Source: an uncultured Beijerinckia sp.
Lineage (GTDB): Bacteria; Pseudomonadota; Alphaproteobacteria; Rhizobiales; Beijerinckiaceae
Length of the DNA stretch: 64,000 nt
Direction of reading: 5' to 3'
NCBI GenBank assembly: GCA_964645525.1
Contig: CAZYBF010000003.1
Span: 141 to 64,140, forward strand
Position numbers and translations under genes: made by a program
Notes under the pieces: generated by a model
Told to the model about the DNA's origin: nothing
Databases searched by the model: none
The model's input: only the letters and a program-made list of their open reading frames with translations
In this document: piece by piece, positions 1 to 9,434 of the stretch
Layout of the letters: every line of letters begins with the position of its first letter
Position numbering within the stretch: position 1 is the stretch's first letter

Positions 1-1188
1 CATGTCGTTGAGCCGACGGTCGAGCGCGGCGCGCCGCTCGGGCGTGTCGAGCGGCCCGGCCTCGACCTCGCGGCCCCAGAGCACATCCACGAGGGGACGC
101 GCGGATTCCACCACCCGGGCCACCGCGTCCGCGCCCGAGGCGCGCAGCAGGTCGTCCGGGTCCTGTCCGTCGGGCAGGAAGGCGAAGCGCAGGCTGCGGC
201 CCGGCCCCAGCAACGGCAGCGCGACGTCGATCGCGCGATGGGCCGCCTTGCGCCCGGCGCGGTCGCCGTCGAAGCACAGGATCGGCTCCTCGCACATGCG
301 CCACATGAGCTCGCACTGGTCGGGCGTGAGCGCGGTGCCAAGCGGCGCGACGGCGTTGGGAAAGCCCGCCATCGTCATGGCGATCACGTCCACATAGCCC
401 TCGACCGCGATCACGACGCCGCGGTCGTGCGCCGCCTTGCGCGCGTTGTGATGGTTGTAGAGCGTCGCGCCCTTGTGAAAGAGCGGCGTCTCGGGCGAGT
501 TGAGATATTTCGCGGGAACGTCCTTGGCGAGCGCGCGTCCGCCGAAGGCGATCACCTTGCCCGAACGATCGCAGATGGGAAACATCACGCGATCGCGGAA
601 ACGATCGTAGGGCACGGCGATTCCGTCGCCATGCACGAGCAGGCCCGCCTCGATCATCGTCTCAACGCTCGCGCCCTTGGCCGCGAGATGGTCGCGCAGC
701 GCGAACTTCTCGTCAGGCGCGTAACCAAGCCGGAACTGCGCCTGGATCTGGGGCCCCAGCGCGCGGTCGGCGAGATAGCCGCGCGCTTTCGCGCCGCCGC
801 TCGCCTGCAGCGCCTGTTGGAAAAAGTGCGCCGCCATCTCCATGACCTCATGGAGGCCCGCGCGCTTGGTCTCGCGCTCGCGCATCTCCTCCGACATGAC
901 GGGCAGCGACAGGCCCGCCTCGCCCGCCAGCCGCTCCACGGCCTCGGGGAAGGAGAGGCCCTCCGTCTTCATCACGAAGTCGAAAATGTTGCCGTTCTGC
1001 CCGGAGGAGAAATCAAACCAGGCCATCTTCTGGTCGTTCACGAAGAAGGACGGAGACTTCTCCGACGTGAAGGGCGACAGGCCCTTCCATTCGCGGCCGG
1101 CCTTGGTCAGCTTCACGCGCCGGCGCACGACTTCCGAAACAGGAAGCCGCGCCTTGATCTCGTCGAGAAAGGACGGGGTGAACCGCAT
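1..1188 (-). CDS. dnaG: DNA primase (3' end outside window)
   Basis: Minus-strand frame from ATG at 1188: MRFTPSFLDEIKARLPVSEVVRRRVKL..., later YDRFRDRVMFPI, FGGRAL, KYLNSPETPLFHKG, VEGYVDVI, GTALT, FDGDRAG, LPDGQDPDDL (TOPRIM). Not in the ORF track because it has no stop in the window. Confidence 0.97.
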   Translation of the reverse strand, partial: MRFTPSFLDEIKARLPVSEVVRRRVKLTKAGREWKGLSPFTSEKSPSFFVNDQKMAWFDFSSGQNGNIFDFVMKTEGLSFPEAVERLAGEAGLSLPVMSEEMRERETKRAGLHEVMEMAAHFFQQALQASGGAKARGYLADRALGPQIQAQFRLGYAPDEKFALRDHLAAKGASVETMIEAGLLVHGDGIAVPYDRFRDRVMFPICDRSGKVIAFGGRALAKDVPAKYLNSPETPLFHKGATLYNHHNARKAAHDRGVVIAVEGYVDVIAMTMAGFPNAVAPLGTALTPDQCELMWRMCEEPILCFDGDRAGRKAAHRAIDVALPLLGPGRSLRFAFLPDGQDPDDLLRASGADAVARVVESARPLVDVLWGREVEAGPLDTPERRAALDRRLNDM

Positions 1189-1295
1189 GAAGACGGGCGC
1201 TCGCGCTGATGAGCCTGATTATAGCGCCGGGCGACCCGAGACGGAGGGCCGCCCGGGTTTTGCCCGCTATCCACAGGCCGTCGGCGGGCCGGCGC

Positions 1296-1751
1296 TCAGC
1301 CGCCGAGCGCCGCCTTCACAAGCCCGCTCGCCTTGGCGAAATCCATCTGGCCCGTATGCTTGGCCTTGAGCGCGGCGACCACTTTGCCCATGTCTTTCAT
1401 GGAGGCGGCGCCTGTCTCTGCGATCGCGGCGGCGACCGCGGCCTTGGCCTCTTCCTCCGAGAGCTGCTTGGGCAGGAACTCCGCGATGATCGCGATCTCC
1501 TCGCGCTCCTGCTGGGCGAGCTCCTCGCGGCCGGCCTTGGCGTAGATCTCCGCCGATTCCTGACGGGACTTGGTCATCTTCTGCAACAGGGCGAGGATGT
1601 CGTCGTCGGACACCGTCTTGCCGGCGCCGCGCGCCTCGATGTCCTTGTCCTTCAGCGCGGCCTGGATCATGCGCACCGTGTCGAGGCGCCGCTTGTCGCC
1701 GGCCTTCATCGCCTCTTTCATCATGGTTGTGAAACGCTCGCGCATCACCAT
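1296..1751 (-). CDS. yqeY: GatB/YqeY domain protein
   Basis: MKEAMKAGDKRRLDTVRMI...FLPKQLSEEE...DMGKVV; usual position upstream of dnaG. Start may be 1745. Confidence 0.93.
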   Translation of the reverse strand: MVMRERFTTMMKEAMKAGDKRRLDTVRMIQAALKDKDIEARGAGKTVSDDDILALLQKMTKSRQESAEIYAKAGREELAQQEREEIAIIAEFLPKQLSEEEAKAAVAAAIAETGAASMKDMGKVVAALKAKHTGQMDFAKASGLVKAALGG

Positions 1752-1792
1752 TTCTCCTGTGTGCGGACACCCTCCGGACGCGGCGCGCGGGG

Positions 1793-1821
1793 TTGACCCT
1801 CCCGCCCGTCTCGCCTAGCGT
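1793..1821 (+). promoter_or_regulatory. Putative sigma70 promoter of carA
   Basis: TTGACC-N17-TAGCGT, about 80 nt upstream of the carA ATG. Confidence 0.55.
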
Positions 1822-1903
1822 CCGCGCCAAATCCGTTAGCGAAGCCAGCCCTTGCGCGCGCTTGATCGCGCGCGGCGGCGCACGCGCAACCTGTAGAGCG
1901 CCC

Positions 1904-3115
1904 ATGACGAAGGTTCAAGACTCCGCCGGCTGGACGAAACCCGTCGCGACCGCCGTGCTTGTGCTGGCCGACGGCACCGTGATCGAGGGCATGGGCGTGG
2001 GCGCGGTCGGCCATGCGGCCGGCGAAGTGTGCTTCAACACCGCGATGACGGGCTACCAGGAGATCCTGACGGATCCCTCCTACTCCGGCCAGATCGTCAC
2101 CTTCACCTTCCCCCATATCGGCAATGTGGGCGTGAACGACGAGGACTCCGAGACCGTGAACGCCGCCGCCTCCGCCGGCGTGCGCGGCATGGTGGTCCAC
2201 GCACCGATCAGCGACCCGGCGAATTTCCGCGCGACGCGCCATCTCGACCAATGGCTGAAGGCGCGCAACATCATCGGAGTCAGCGGCGTTGACACGCGCG
2301 CGCTCACCGCGCTCATCCGCGAGAAGGGCATGCCCAATGCGGTGATCGCCCATGCGCCCGACGGCAAGTTCGACCTCGCCGCCCTCAAGAAAGAAGCCGC
2401 GCAATGGCCCGGCATCGACGGCATGGACCTCGTGCCGGGCGTCACCACCGCCCAGCGCTACGACTGGCGCGAAACCACATGGTCGCTGGGCAAGGGCTTC
2501 GGCAAGCTCGACGCGCCGAAGCATAAAGTGGTCGCCATCGATTACGGCGTGAAGAGCAACATCCTGCGCCTGCTCGCCAAGGCGGGCTGCGAAGTGACCG
2601 TCGTGCCCGCGACGACGAGCGCTGACGAAATCCTCGCCCTGAAGCCCGATGGCGTGTTCCTCTCCAACGGCCCCGGCGATCCCGCGGAGACCGGCAAATA
2701 CGCCGTGCCCGTGATCCGCGCGATCCTGGAAACGAAGACGCCGACCTTCGGCATCTGCCTCGGCCACCAGATGCTCGCCCTCGCGGTGGGCGCGAAAACC
2801 ATGAAGATGAAACAGGGCCATCACGGCGCCAACCATCCGGTGATGGACTACACGACCAACAAGGTCGAGATCGTCTCCATGAACCATGGCTTCGCGGTCG
2901 ATCCCGCAACCCTGCCCGCGCACGCGAAGGAAACCCACCGCTCGCTGTTCGACGGCACCAATTGCGGCGTCGCGCTGACCGACCGGCCCGCCTTCTCGGT
3001 GCAGCACCATCCCGAAGCAAGCCCCGGCCCGCAGGATTCCCACTATCTGTTCCAGCGGTTCGTGGACATGATGGACGCCGCGAAGGCGCAAACCTCCAAG
3101 CAGGCGAACGCCTGA
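1904..3115 (+). CDS. carA: Carbamoyl-phosphate synthase small subunit
   Basis: GEVCFNTAMTGYQEILTDPSY, LSNGPGDP, GICLGHQ, QHHPEASPGPQD; ATG at 1904. Confidence 0.98.
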   Translation: MTKVQDSAGWTKPVATAVLVLADGTVIEGMGVGAVGHAAGEVCFNTAMTGYQEILTDPSYSGQIVTFTFPHIGNVGVNDEDSETVNAAASAGVRGMVVHAPISDPANFRATRHLDQWLKARNIIGVSGVDTRALTALIREKGMPNAVIAHAPDGKFDLAALKKEAAQWPGIDGMDLVPGVTTAQRYDWRETTWSLGKGFGKLDAPKHKVVAIDYGVKSNILRLLAKAGCEVTVVPATTSADEILALKPDGVFLSNGPGDPAETGKYAVPVIRAILETKTPTFGICLGHQMLALAVGAKTMKMKQGHHGANHPVMDYTTNKVEIVSMNHGFAVDPATLPAHAKETHRSLFDGTNCGVALTDRPAFSVQHHPEASPGPQDSHYLFQRFVDMMDAAKAQTSKQANA

Positions 3116-3139
3116 CGGCTGCGCGCCGGGAGAGCGGAC

Positions 3140-3883
3140 ATGCAGAGCTGGCGCGAATACTGGAACGGCCCGCATCCCATCTATGTGAACGCGCGCCATC
3201 GCACGCTCCACTTCGACCTGATCGCGCGCGACGTCGCCCGGCTCATTCCCGCGCCCGACGCCCATGCGCTCGACTACGGCTGCGGCGAGGCCGACACCGC
3301 GCGCGAGCTCGCCGCGCGCTGCGGGCGGCTGTTCCTGTTCGACACCGCCGACAGCGTGCGCGCGCGCCTTGTGGAGCGCCATGCCGGGGACGCGCGCATC
3401 GCCGTTCTCGACGAGGCCGGGCTCGCGCGCATTCCCGACGGATCGCTCGACCTCATGGTCGTCAATTCCGTCGCCCAATATCTCACGCGCGATGAGTTGA
3501 AATCCGTTCTCGCTTTCGCCCGCGGCAAGCTCAAGCCGACGGGCCGGCTCGCGCTGGGCGACGTCATTCCGGCGGACGCCAACGCAGTCTCCGACACCCG
3601 CGCCCTGCTCGACTTCGCCTTCAAGGGCGGCTTTCTGATCGCAGCCCTCATCGGACTCGTGCGCACCGCGCTGTCCGACTATCGCAAATTGCGCGAGCGC
3701 CTTGGCCTTACGCGCTACGCGCCCGCCGACGTGCTGGCCCTGCTCGCTGAGGCGGGCTTTGCGGGCGAACGCGCGCCGCGCAACATCGGGCACAATCAGG
3801 AGCGCATGCTGTTTCTTGCAAGCCCGATCGCGCCCACGGCCGCCAGCCCTGACGCGGGGAGCGACGTCGGGACTGCGGCTTGA
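3140..3883 (+). CDS. Class I SAM-dependent methyltransferase
   Basis: LDYGCGEAD motif I, DLMVVNSVAQY, LKPTGRLALGD. Confidence 0.85.
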   Translation: MQSWREYWNGPHPIYVNARHRTLHFDLIARDVARLIPAPDAHALDYGCGEADTARELAARCGRLFLFDTADSVRARLVERHAGDARIAVLDEAGLARIPDGSLDLMVVNSVAQYLTRDELKSVLAFARGKLKPTGRLALGDVIPADANAVSDTRALLDFAFKGGFLIAALIGLVRTALSDYRKLRERLGLTRYAPADVLALLAEAGFAGERAPRNIGHNQERMLFLASPIAPTAASPDAGSDVGTAA

Positions 3884-3932
3884 CCCGCAAGGGCTTTAGG
3901 GCGCATCACCTTTCCCCTCACCCGGGGCTGAG

Positions 3933-4754
3933 ATGCTTCTTGCGATTCCCTTTCCTGCGATCGATCCCGTCCTGATCGAGATCGGTCCCGTCGCGATCCG
4001 CTGGTACGCCCTCGCCTATATCGTCGGGCTTGTGGGCGGCTGGGCGCTCGCGCGCCGGCTTGTGAGCGCGCCCGCCCTGTGGGGCGCGGCGCGCCCGCCG
4101 GCGAAGGAGACCCTCGACGATCTGCTCGTCCATGCGGCCTTCGGCGTCATCTTGGGCGGACGCCTCGGCTATGTGGCTTTCTACAATCCGGAGCATTTCC
4201 TCGCGCATCCGCTCGAGATCTTCATGCTCTGGCAGGGCGGCATGTCGTTTCACGGCGGGCTTGCGGGCGCGGCCGCCGGCCTGTGGCTGTTCGCGCGCAA
4301 GACGGGCACGCCTCTGCTCGTCGTCAGCGACCTGTGCGCCGCCGTCGCGCCGATCGGCGTCTGCCTTGGCCGTCTGGCCAATTTCATCAAGCCGGAATTA
4401 TGGGGCCGGCCGAGCGACGTCGCCTGGGCGATGGTCTTTCCCGGCGCCGGCCCGCAGCCGCGCCATCCCAGCCAGCTCTATGAAGCCGCGCTTGAAGGCG
4501 CGGCGCTTTTCGTAGTGCTCATGGCGCTCGTGCGCTTGGGCGGCCTGCGCCGGCCGGGCCTTGTGACGGGCGCCTTCGCCGCCGGCTACGGCCTTGCGCG
4601 CATCTTCTGCGAATTCTTCCGCGAGCCCGATCCCCAGCTCGGATTTCTGTTCGGCGGGGCGACCATGGGCATGATTCTTTCCGCGCCGCTCGTTCTCGCC
4701 GGCGCAGCGCTGATCGCGCGCGCCCGCGCCATGGCGCAGGAGGCGCGCCCATGA
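3933..4754 (+). CDS. lgt: Prolipoprotein diacylglyceryl transferase
   Basis: IRWYALAY, GGRLGYV, GGMSFHGG, GRLANF, RHPSQLYEA, EFFREPD. Confidence 0.98.
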   Translation: MLLAIPFPAIDPVLIEIGPVAIRWYALAYIVGLVGGWALARRLVSAPALWGAARPPAKETLDDLLVHAAFGVILGGRLGYVAFYNPEHFLAHPLEIFMLWQGGMSFHGGLAGAAAGLWLFARKTGTPLLVVSDLCAAVAPIGVCLGRLANFIKPELWGRPSDVAWAMVFPGAGPQPRHPSQLYEAALEGAALFVVLMALVRLGGLRRPGLVTGAFAAGYGLARIFCEFFREPDPQLGFLFGGATMGMILSAPLVLAGAALIARARAMAQEARP

Positions 4755-5914
4755 CCCTGCTGACCGAGGAGATCCGCGTCATCATCGAAACGGAAGGGCC
4801 GATGCCCTTCGATCGTTTCATGGAATTGTGCCTCGCCCATCCGCGCCACGGCTATTATCTCACGCGCGATCCTTTCGGCGCGTCCGGCGACTTCGTGACC
4901 GCGCCGGAGATTTCGCAGGTGTTCGGCGAATTGCTGGGCCTGTGGGCGGCGCATATGTGGAGCGTGATGGGCCGGCCTGAACGCCTGCGCCTCGTGGAGC
5001 TGGGCCCCGGTCGCGGCACGCTGATGAGCGACGCCCTGCGCGCCTGCCGCGTGGCGCCGGAGTTTCTCGCCGCGCTCGACGTGCACATGATCGAGACAAG
5101 CCCGGTCCTGCGCGAACGCCAGCAGGAGACGCTGGCCGCCGCGCCCGCCCCCGTTTCATGGGCGCCCAGTTTCGACCTCGTGCCCGAAGGCCCGCTGATC
5201 GTGCTGGCGAACGAATTCTTCGACGCGCTGCCGGTGCGCCATTTCGTGCGCGCGGAGGAAGGCTGGTGCGAGAAACTGATCGGCAACGGCGCCGACGGTC
5301 GCCTGTTCGCAGGCATTTCTCCCGTGCCCGAGCCGCTGATCCGCGCGCAGGCGCCCATCGGCTCCGTGCTCGAGATCGGCGCGGCGGCCCATCAATACAT
5401 GGCCCGCGTGGCGCGCAGGATCGCGGATTTCGGCGGCGCGGCGCTGATCGTCGATTACGGCCACGCGCACACCTCGCTTGGCGAGACCGTGCAGGCGCTC
5501 TGGCGCCATCAACCGATCGACCCGCTTGAGGCGCCCGGCGAATGCGACGTCACGGCGCATGTGGATTTCGCCTCGCTTGCCCGCGCCGCGCAGGCGAGCG
5601 GCGCCGAAGTCTGGGGCCCCACGACGCAGGCGCAATTCCTGATCGAGATCGGCGTGCTGCATCGCGCCGAAGCGCTGAAGCGGCGGGCCGAACCCGCGCA
5701 GGCCGCCGAGATCGACCTTGCGGTGGCGCGCCTCGTCTCCACCGCGCCGGAAGCGGGCGCGGGCGGACGCATGGCGCCGGGCATGGGCGCCTTGTTCAAG
5801 GCGCTGACGGTGACGAGCCCCGGGCTGGGCAAGCCGCCGGGCTTCGACGCGCCGCCGCCAGAACTCGCGCCTGAACTTGCGCCTGACCTTGCGCCCGACG
5901 AGGCGGCGCGATGA
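4751..5914 (+). CDS. SAM-dependent methyltransferase, MidA/NDUFAF7 family
   Basis: GDFVTAPEISQVFGE, ELGPGRGTL, ANEFFDALP, DVTAHVDF; overlaps lgt stop (ATGA). Confidence 0.93.
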   Translation: MTLLTEEIRVIIETEGPMPFDRFMELCLAHPRHGYYLTRDPFGASGDFVTAPEISQVFGELLGLWAAHMWSVMGRPERLRLVELGPGRGTLMSDALRACRVAPEFLAALDVHMIETSPVLRERQQETLAAAPAPVSWAPSFDLVPEGPLIVLANEFFDALPVRHFVRAEEGWCEKLIGNGADGRLFAGISPVPEPLIRAQAPIGSVLEIGAAAHQYMARVARRIADFGGAALIVDYGHAHTSLGETVQALWRHQPIDPLEAPGECDVTAHVDFASLARAAQASGAEVWGPTTQAQFLIEIGVLHRAEALKRRAEPAQAAEIDLAVARLVSTAPEAGAGGRMAPGMGALFKALTVTSPGLGKPPGFDAPPPELAPELAPDLAPDEAAR

Positions 5915-6696
5915 CGCGCGACGCCGACGAACAGCCCCATGCGCTGCGCAGCGCGCTTCTCGACGCGCCCGGCCTGCGCCACGCCTTCTTCACGCGCCGC
6001 GGCGGGGTGAGCGCGGGGATCTACGCCTCGCTCAACGGCGGCGCCGGCTCCTCCGACGCGCCCGAAGCGGTCGCCGAAAACAAGCGGCGGATGGCGGCCG
6101 CGCTCGCCGTCGCGCCGGACCGGCTGCTCATCCCCTATCAGATCCATTCCGCGCAGGCGGTCTGCGTCGAGGCGCCCTGGGCGGAGCGTCCGCGCTGCGA
6201 CGGCGTGGCGACCCGCGCGCGCGGCCTCGCGCTCGGCGTGACCGGCGCGGATTGCGGGATCATCCTGTTCCATGACCCTGCCGCCGGCGTGATCGGCGCC
6301 GCCCATGCGGGCTGGAAGGGCGCGCTCGACGGCGTGCTGGAATCGACATTGGCGCGCATGGAGGAGCTCGGCGCCGCCCGCGCCCGCATTCGCGCGGCGC
6401 TGGGGCCCACGATCGCCCAGCCGTCCTATGAAGTCGGCCCCGACTTCCTCGACCGCTTCCGCGCCGCCGATCCCGGCAGCGCGCGCTTCTTCCGGCAGGC
6501 CGAGGCGGGCGACCGCGCCTTTTTCGACCTGCCCGCCTATATCGGCGCCCGGCTGGAGCGCGCGGGGGTGGGCGACTTCGAGGACCTGCGCCTCGACACC
6601 TATGCGGACGAGGCGCGGTTCTACTCCTACCGCCGCTCCACCCACCGCAAGGAGCCCGACTTCGGCCGCCTCGTGGCGGCCATCGCGCTCGACTGA
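5911..6696 (+). CDS. pgeF: PgeF/YfiH peptidoglycan editing factor / purine nucleoside phosphorylase
   Basis: FFTRRGGVS, QIHS, ADC, AHAGWKGA, YEVG, FYSYRR. Confidence 0.94.
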   Translation: MTRDADEQPHALRSALLDAPGLRHAFFTRRGGVSAGIYASLNGGAGSSDAPEAVAENKRRMAAALAVAPDRLLIPYQIHSAQAVCVEAPWAERPRCDGVATRARGLALGVTGADCGIILFHDPAAGVIGAAHAGWKGALDGVLESTLARMEELGAARARIRAALGPTIAQPSYEVGPDFLDRFRAADPGSARFFRQAEAGDRAFFDLPAYIGARLERAGVGDFEDLRLDTYADEARFYSYRRSTHRKEPDFGRLVAAIALD

Positions 6697-6779
6697 GGCG
6701 AAATCCCGCGCGGAAGGCCTTGAGGCTTGCGCCGGCGGCCGTGACGGGCCATCTCTAGGCGGCGAAAGGAACCGCGCCC

Positions 6780-7037
6780 ATGCCCCAGACCCGCAACCCC
6801 TTCCTCAACGACGTCTCGCGCCTGATGACGGATGCGGCCGGCCTCGCTCAGGGCGTGCGCCGGGAGGTCGACGCGGCGGCGCGCCACCAATTGCTCCGCC
6901 TGCTCGACGGCATGGACCTCGTGCGGCGCGAAGAGTTCGAAGCCGTCCGGGAAATGGCGATTCGCGCCCGCGACGAGAACGAACGCCTCGCCGCCCGCCT
7001 CGCCGAACTCGAAGCCCGCCTCGCCGAAAAGGCCTGA
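6780..7037 (+). CDS. ubiK: UbiK/BMFP family accessory factor
   Basis: DLVRREEFEAVREMAIRAR plus C-terminal coiled coil; AAGGA RBS. Confidence 0.88.
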   Translation: MPQTRNPFLNDVSRLMTDAAGLAQGVRREVDAAARHQLLRLLDGMDLVRREEFEAVREMAIRARDENERLAARLAELEARLAEKA

Positions 7038-7267
7038 CGCCGCGCAGCGATGCGACAAATCGACTCGGGCCGTCGCCGCATCTGTGGACGGGCGGTGCGC
7101 AGCGGTGGACGCCTAGGGACGAATGCGACACTCTCCCGGCCGTCGAAGCACGTGATTTGAGTCGCTAGCTGCCTGATTCGTCGAATTGAATCACAGCGGC
7201 GCTTCAAAGGGCGCGCTTCGCGGGCGGCCCGCGCGAGCGTGCGCCCGTCCACGTCAGGCGCAGGTAA

Positions 7268-7768
7268 ATGACATTCACCGCCACAGATCCGTGCCGCTCC
7301 GAACATCCCGTCGACGTCGTCGAACGGATCGCCAGCCTGAAGTCCTGGATTTTCGCGCGCGAAGGCGACGACGAAATCTCGATCACCGTCACCGGCGGAT
7401 GGACGGATTACCAGATCTCCTTCACCTGGCTTGAGGACGTCGAGGCGCTGCATCTGGCCTGCGCCTTCGACCTCAAGTTGAACGAACGCCGCCGCGGCGA
7501 GGTGATGAACCTTGTGTCGCTCATCAATGAGCAGATGTGGGTCGGCCATTTCGGCCTGTGGGAGGACGAGGGCGTCGTCCTGTTCCGCCACACGCTTCTG
7601 CTCACCGGCGGCGTCGAGCCCACGCTCGACCAGTGCGAAGCCGCCCTGCAGGCTGGCGTGAACGCCTGCGAGCGCTATTTTCAGGCCTTCAACTTCGTGC
7701 TCTGGGCCGGCAAGTCCGCCTCCGAGGCGCTGACCACCGCCCTGTTCGAGACCGCCGGGGAAGCATGA
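7268..7768 (+). CDS. YbjN domain protein
   Basis: HPVDVVE, ALHLACAFD, INEQMWVGHF, CERYFQAFNFVLWAG, FETAGEA; conserved upstream of proC in alphaproteobacteria. Confidence 0.88.
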   Translation: MTFTATDPCRSEHPVDVVERIASLKSWIFAREGDDEISITVTGGWTDYQISFTWLEDVEALHLACAFDLKLNERRRGEVMNLVSLINEQMWVGHFGLWEDEGVVLFRHTLLLTGGVEPTLDQCEAALQAGVNACERYFQAFNFVLWAGKSASEALTTALFETAGEA

Positions 7769-8601
7769 CCGCGCCTGCGCAAGCCGCCGCCACGCCGCGC
7801 TCCCTCGCCCTTGTGGGGGCGGGACGCATGGGCGGCGCGATGCTGCGCGGCTGGCTGGCGCTGGGCGTGCCCGCCCGCGCCGTCACCATCATCGAGCCTT
7901 TTCCCTCCGAGGAGCTGAAGGCCCTGTGCGCCTCGACGGGCGCGGCGCTCAACCCGGCGCAGCCTCCGGCCGCCCCCGAGGCTCTGGTGCTCGCCGTCAA
8001 GCCCCAGACCCTCGACGCAGCCGCCCCGCAGATCGCGCCGCTCGTCGGCCCGCAGACGCTCGTCGTCTCCATCATGGCGGGCAAGACCATGGCGAACATC
8101 GCCGCGCGTCTGCCGCAGGCGCGCGCCATCGTGCGGTCCATGCCCAACACCCCCGCCGCCGTCGGGCGCGGCGTCACGGGCGCCTGCGCAGGGGCCGGGG
8201 TCACGGGCGACCAGAAAGCCATGGCCGACGCCCTCCTGCGGGCCATCGGACAGGTGGTCTGGGTCGAGGACGAAGGCCTGATCGACGCGGTGACCGCCGT
8301 GTCGGGCTCCGGGCCCGCCTATGTCTTCCTGCTCGCCGAATGCCTTGCGCAGGCGGGCGAAAAGGCGGGCCTGCCGCGCCAGACCGCCGAAATCCTCGCG
8401 CGCGCCACCGTGGAGGGCGCGGGCGAATTGCTGTTCCGCGACGCGGCGACGAGCCCCGCCCAGCTGCGCGTGAACGTCACCTCACCGGGCGGCACCACCG
8501 CGGCCGCGCTCGACGTGCTAATGGGCCCGCAGGGCCTCGCCCCGCTCATGGAGGCGGCGGTCGCCGCCGCACAACGGCGCGCTGGCGAATTGTCGGGCTG
8601 A
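7765..8601 (+). CDS. proC: Pyrroline-5-carboxylate reductase
   Basis: GAGRMG, LAVKPQ, RSMPNTP, TAVSGSGPAY, VTSPGGTT; ATG overlaps upstream TGA. Confidence 0.97.
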   Translation: MTAPAQAAATPRSLALVGAGRMGGAMLRGWLALGVPARAVTIIEPFPSEELKALCASTGAALNPAQPPAAPEALVLAVKPQTLDAAAPQIAPLVGPQTLVVSIMAGKTMANIAARLPQARAIVRSMPNTPAAVGRGVTGACAGAGVTGDQKAMADALLRAIGQVVWVEDEGLIDAVTAVSGSGPAYVFLLAECLAQAGEKAGLPRQTAEILARATVEGAGELLFRDAATSPAQLRVNVTSPGGTTAAALDVLMGPQGLAPLMEAAVAAAQRRAGELSG

Positions 8602-8673
8602 ACGGCGCGCCAGCGCTTTGATTTCCCGGCCCGCCCGCCTAGATTCCCGGAACAGCTCCCGCAGGAGACGGAC

Positions 8674-9411
8674 ATGGCCGACGCGTCCACCACCCAGAAC
8701 GATCCCCGCGCCCGCATCGTCGAGGCGCTGATGGCGCTCGCCGCCGAGCGGCGCTGGGAAGACGTGACGATCTCCGACGTCGCCGCCCGCGCAGAGGTCA
8801 GCCTGTCGCAGTTTCGCGATTGCTTCCCCTCCAAGGGCGCGGCCCTGGGCGGCTTCGCGCGCATGATCGACAAGAAAGTGCTGGACGGGACGACCGTCGA
8901 ACTCGCCGACGAAAGCGCGCGCGATCGCCTGTTCGACGTGCTCATGCGCCGGCTCGACGCCATGGCGCCTTACAAGGAAGGCGTGCGCGGAATAGCCGAA
9001 TGGGCGCGGCGCGATCCCGTGAGCGCGCTGCCGCTCAACAGCGTGGCGCTCAACTCCATGCGCTTCATGCTGGAGGCCGCGGGCCTCGACAGCGAGGGAC
9101 CGCTCGGCGCGGTGAAACTGCAAGGACTCGCGCTCGCATGGGGCCGCGTGCTCGACGTCTGGCTCGACGATCATGAACCCGGCCTCGACCGCACCATGGC
9201 CGCCCTCGACGCGGAACTGGCGCGCGGCGGGCGCATCGTGGCGCGGCTCGACGACGCATGGCGCATGGCCGGTCCGCTGCGCGCGCTGGGTCATGCGGTG
9301 ATGGCGGGCGGCGGTCGGCGCCGCGCGTCCTCCTCGTTCGACGACCGCATTCGGGAGAGCTGGGACGAGCCCGCGCATGCGCGCCCGCATCACGACCGCG
9401 ACGTCGCCTGA
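8674..9411 (+). CDS. TetR/AcrR family transcriptional regulator
   Basis: N-terminal HTH (VTISDVAARAEVSLSQFRDCFPSK); RDRLFDVLMRRLD; TMAALD. Confidence 0.85.
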   Translation: MADASTTQNDPRARIVEALMALAAERRWEDVTISDVAARAEVSLSQFRDCFPSKGAALGGFARMIDKKVLDGTTVELADESARDRLFDVLMRRLDAMAPYKEGVRGIAEWARRDPVSALPLNSVALNSMRFMLEAAGLDSEGPLGAVKLQGLALAWGRVLDVWLDDHEPGLDRTMAALDAELARGGRIVARLDDAWRMAGPLRALGHAVMAGGGRRRASSSFDDRIRESWDEPAHARPHHDRDVA

Positions 9412-9434
9412 CCTGACGGCGCGCGCGCAGGCGC

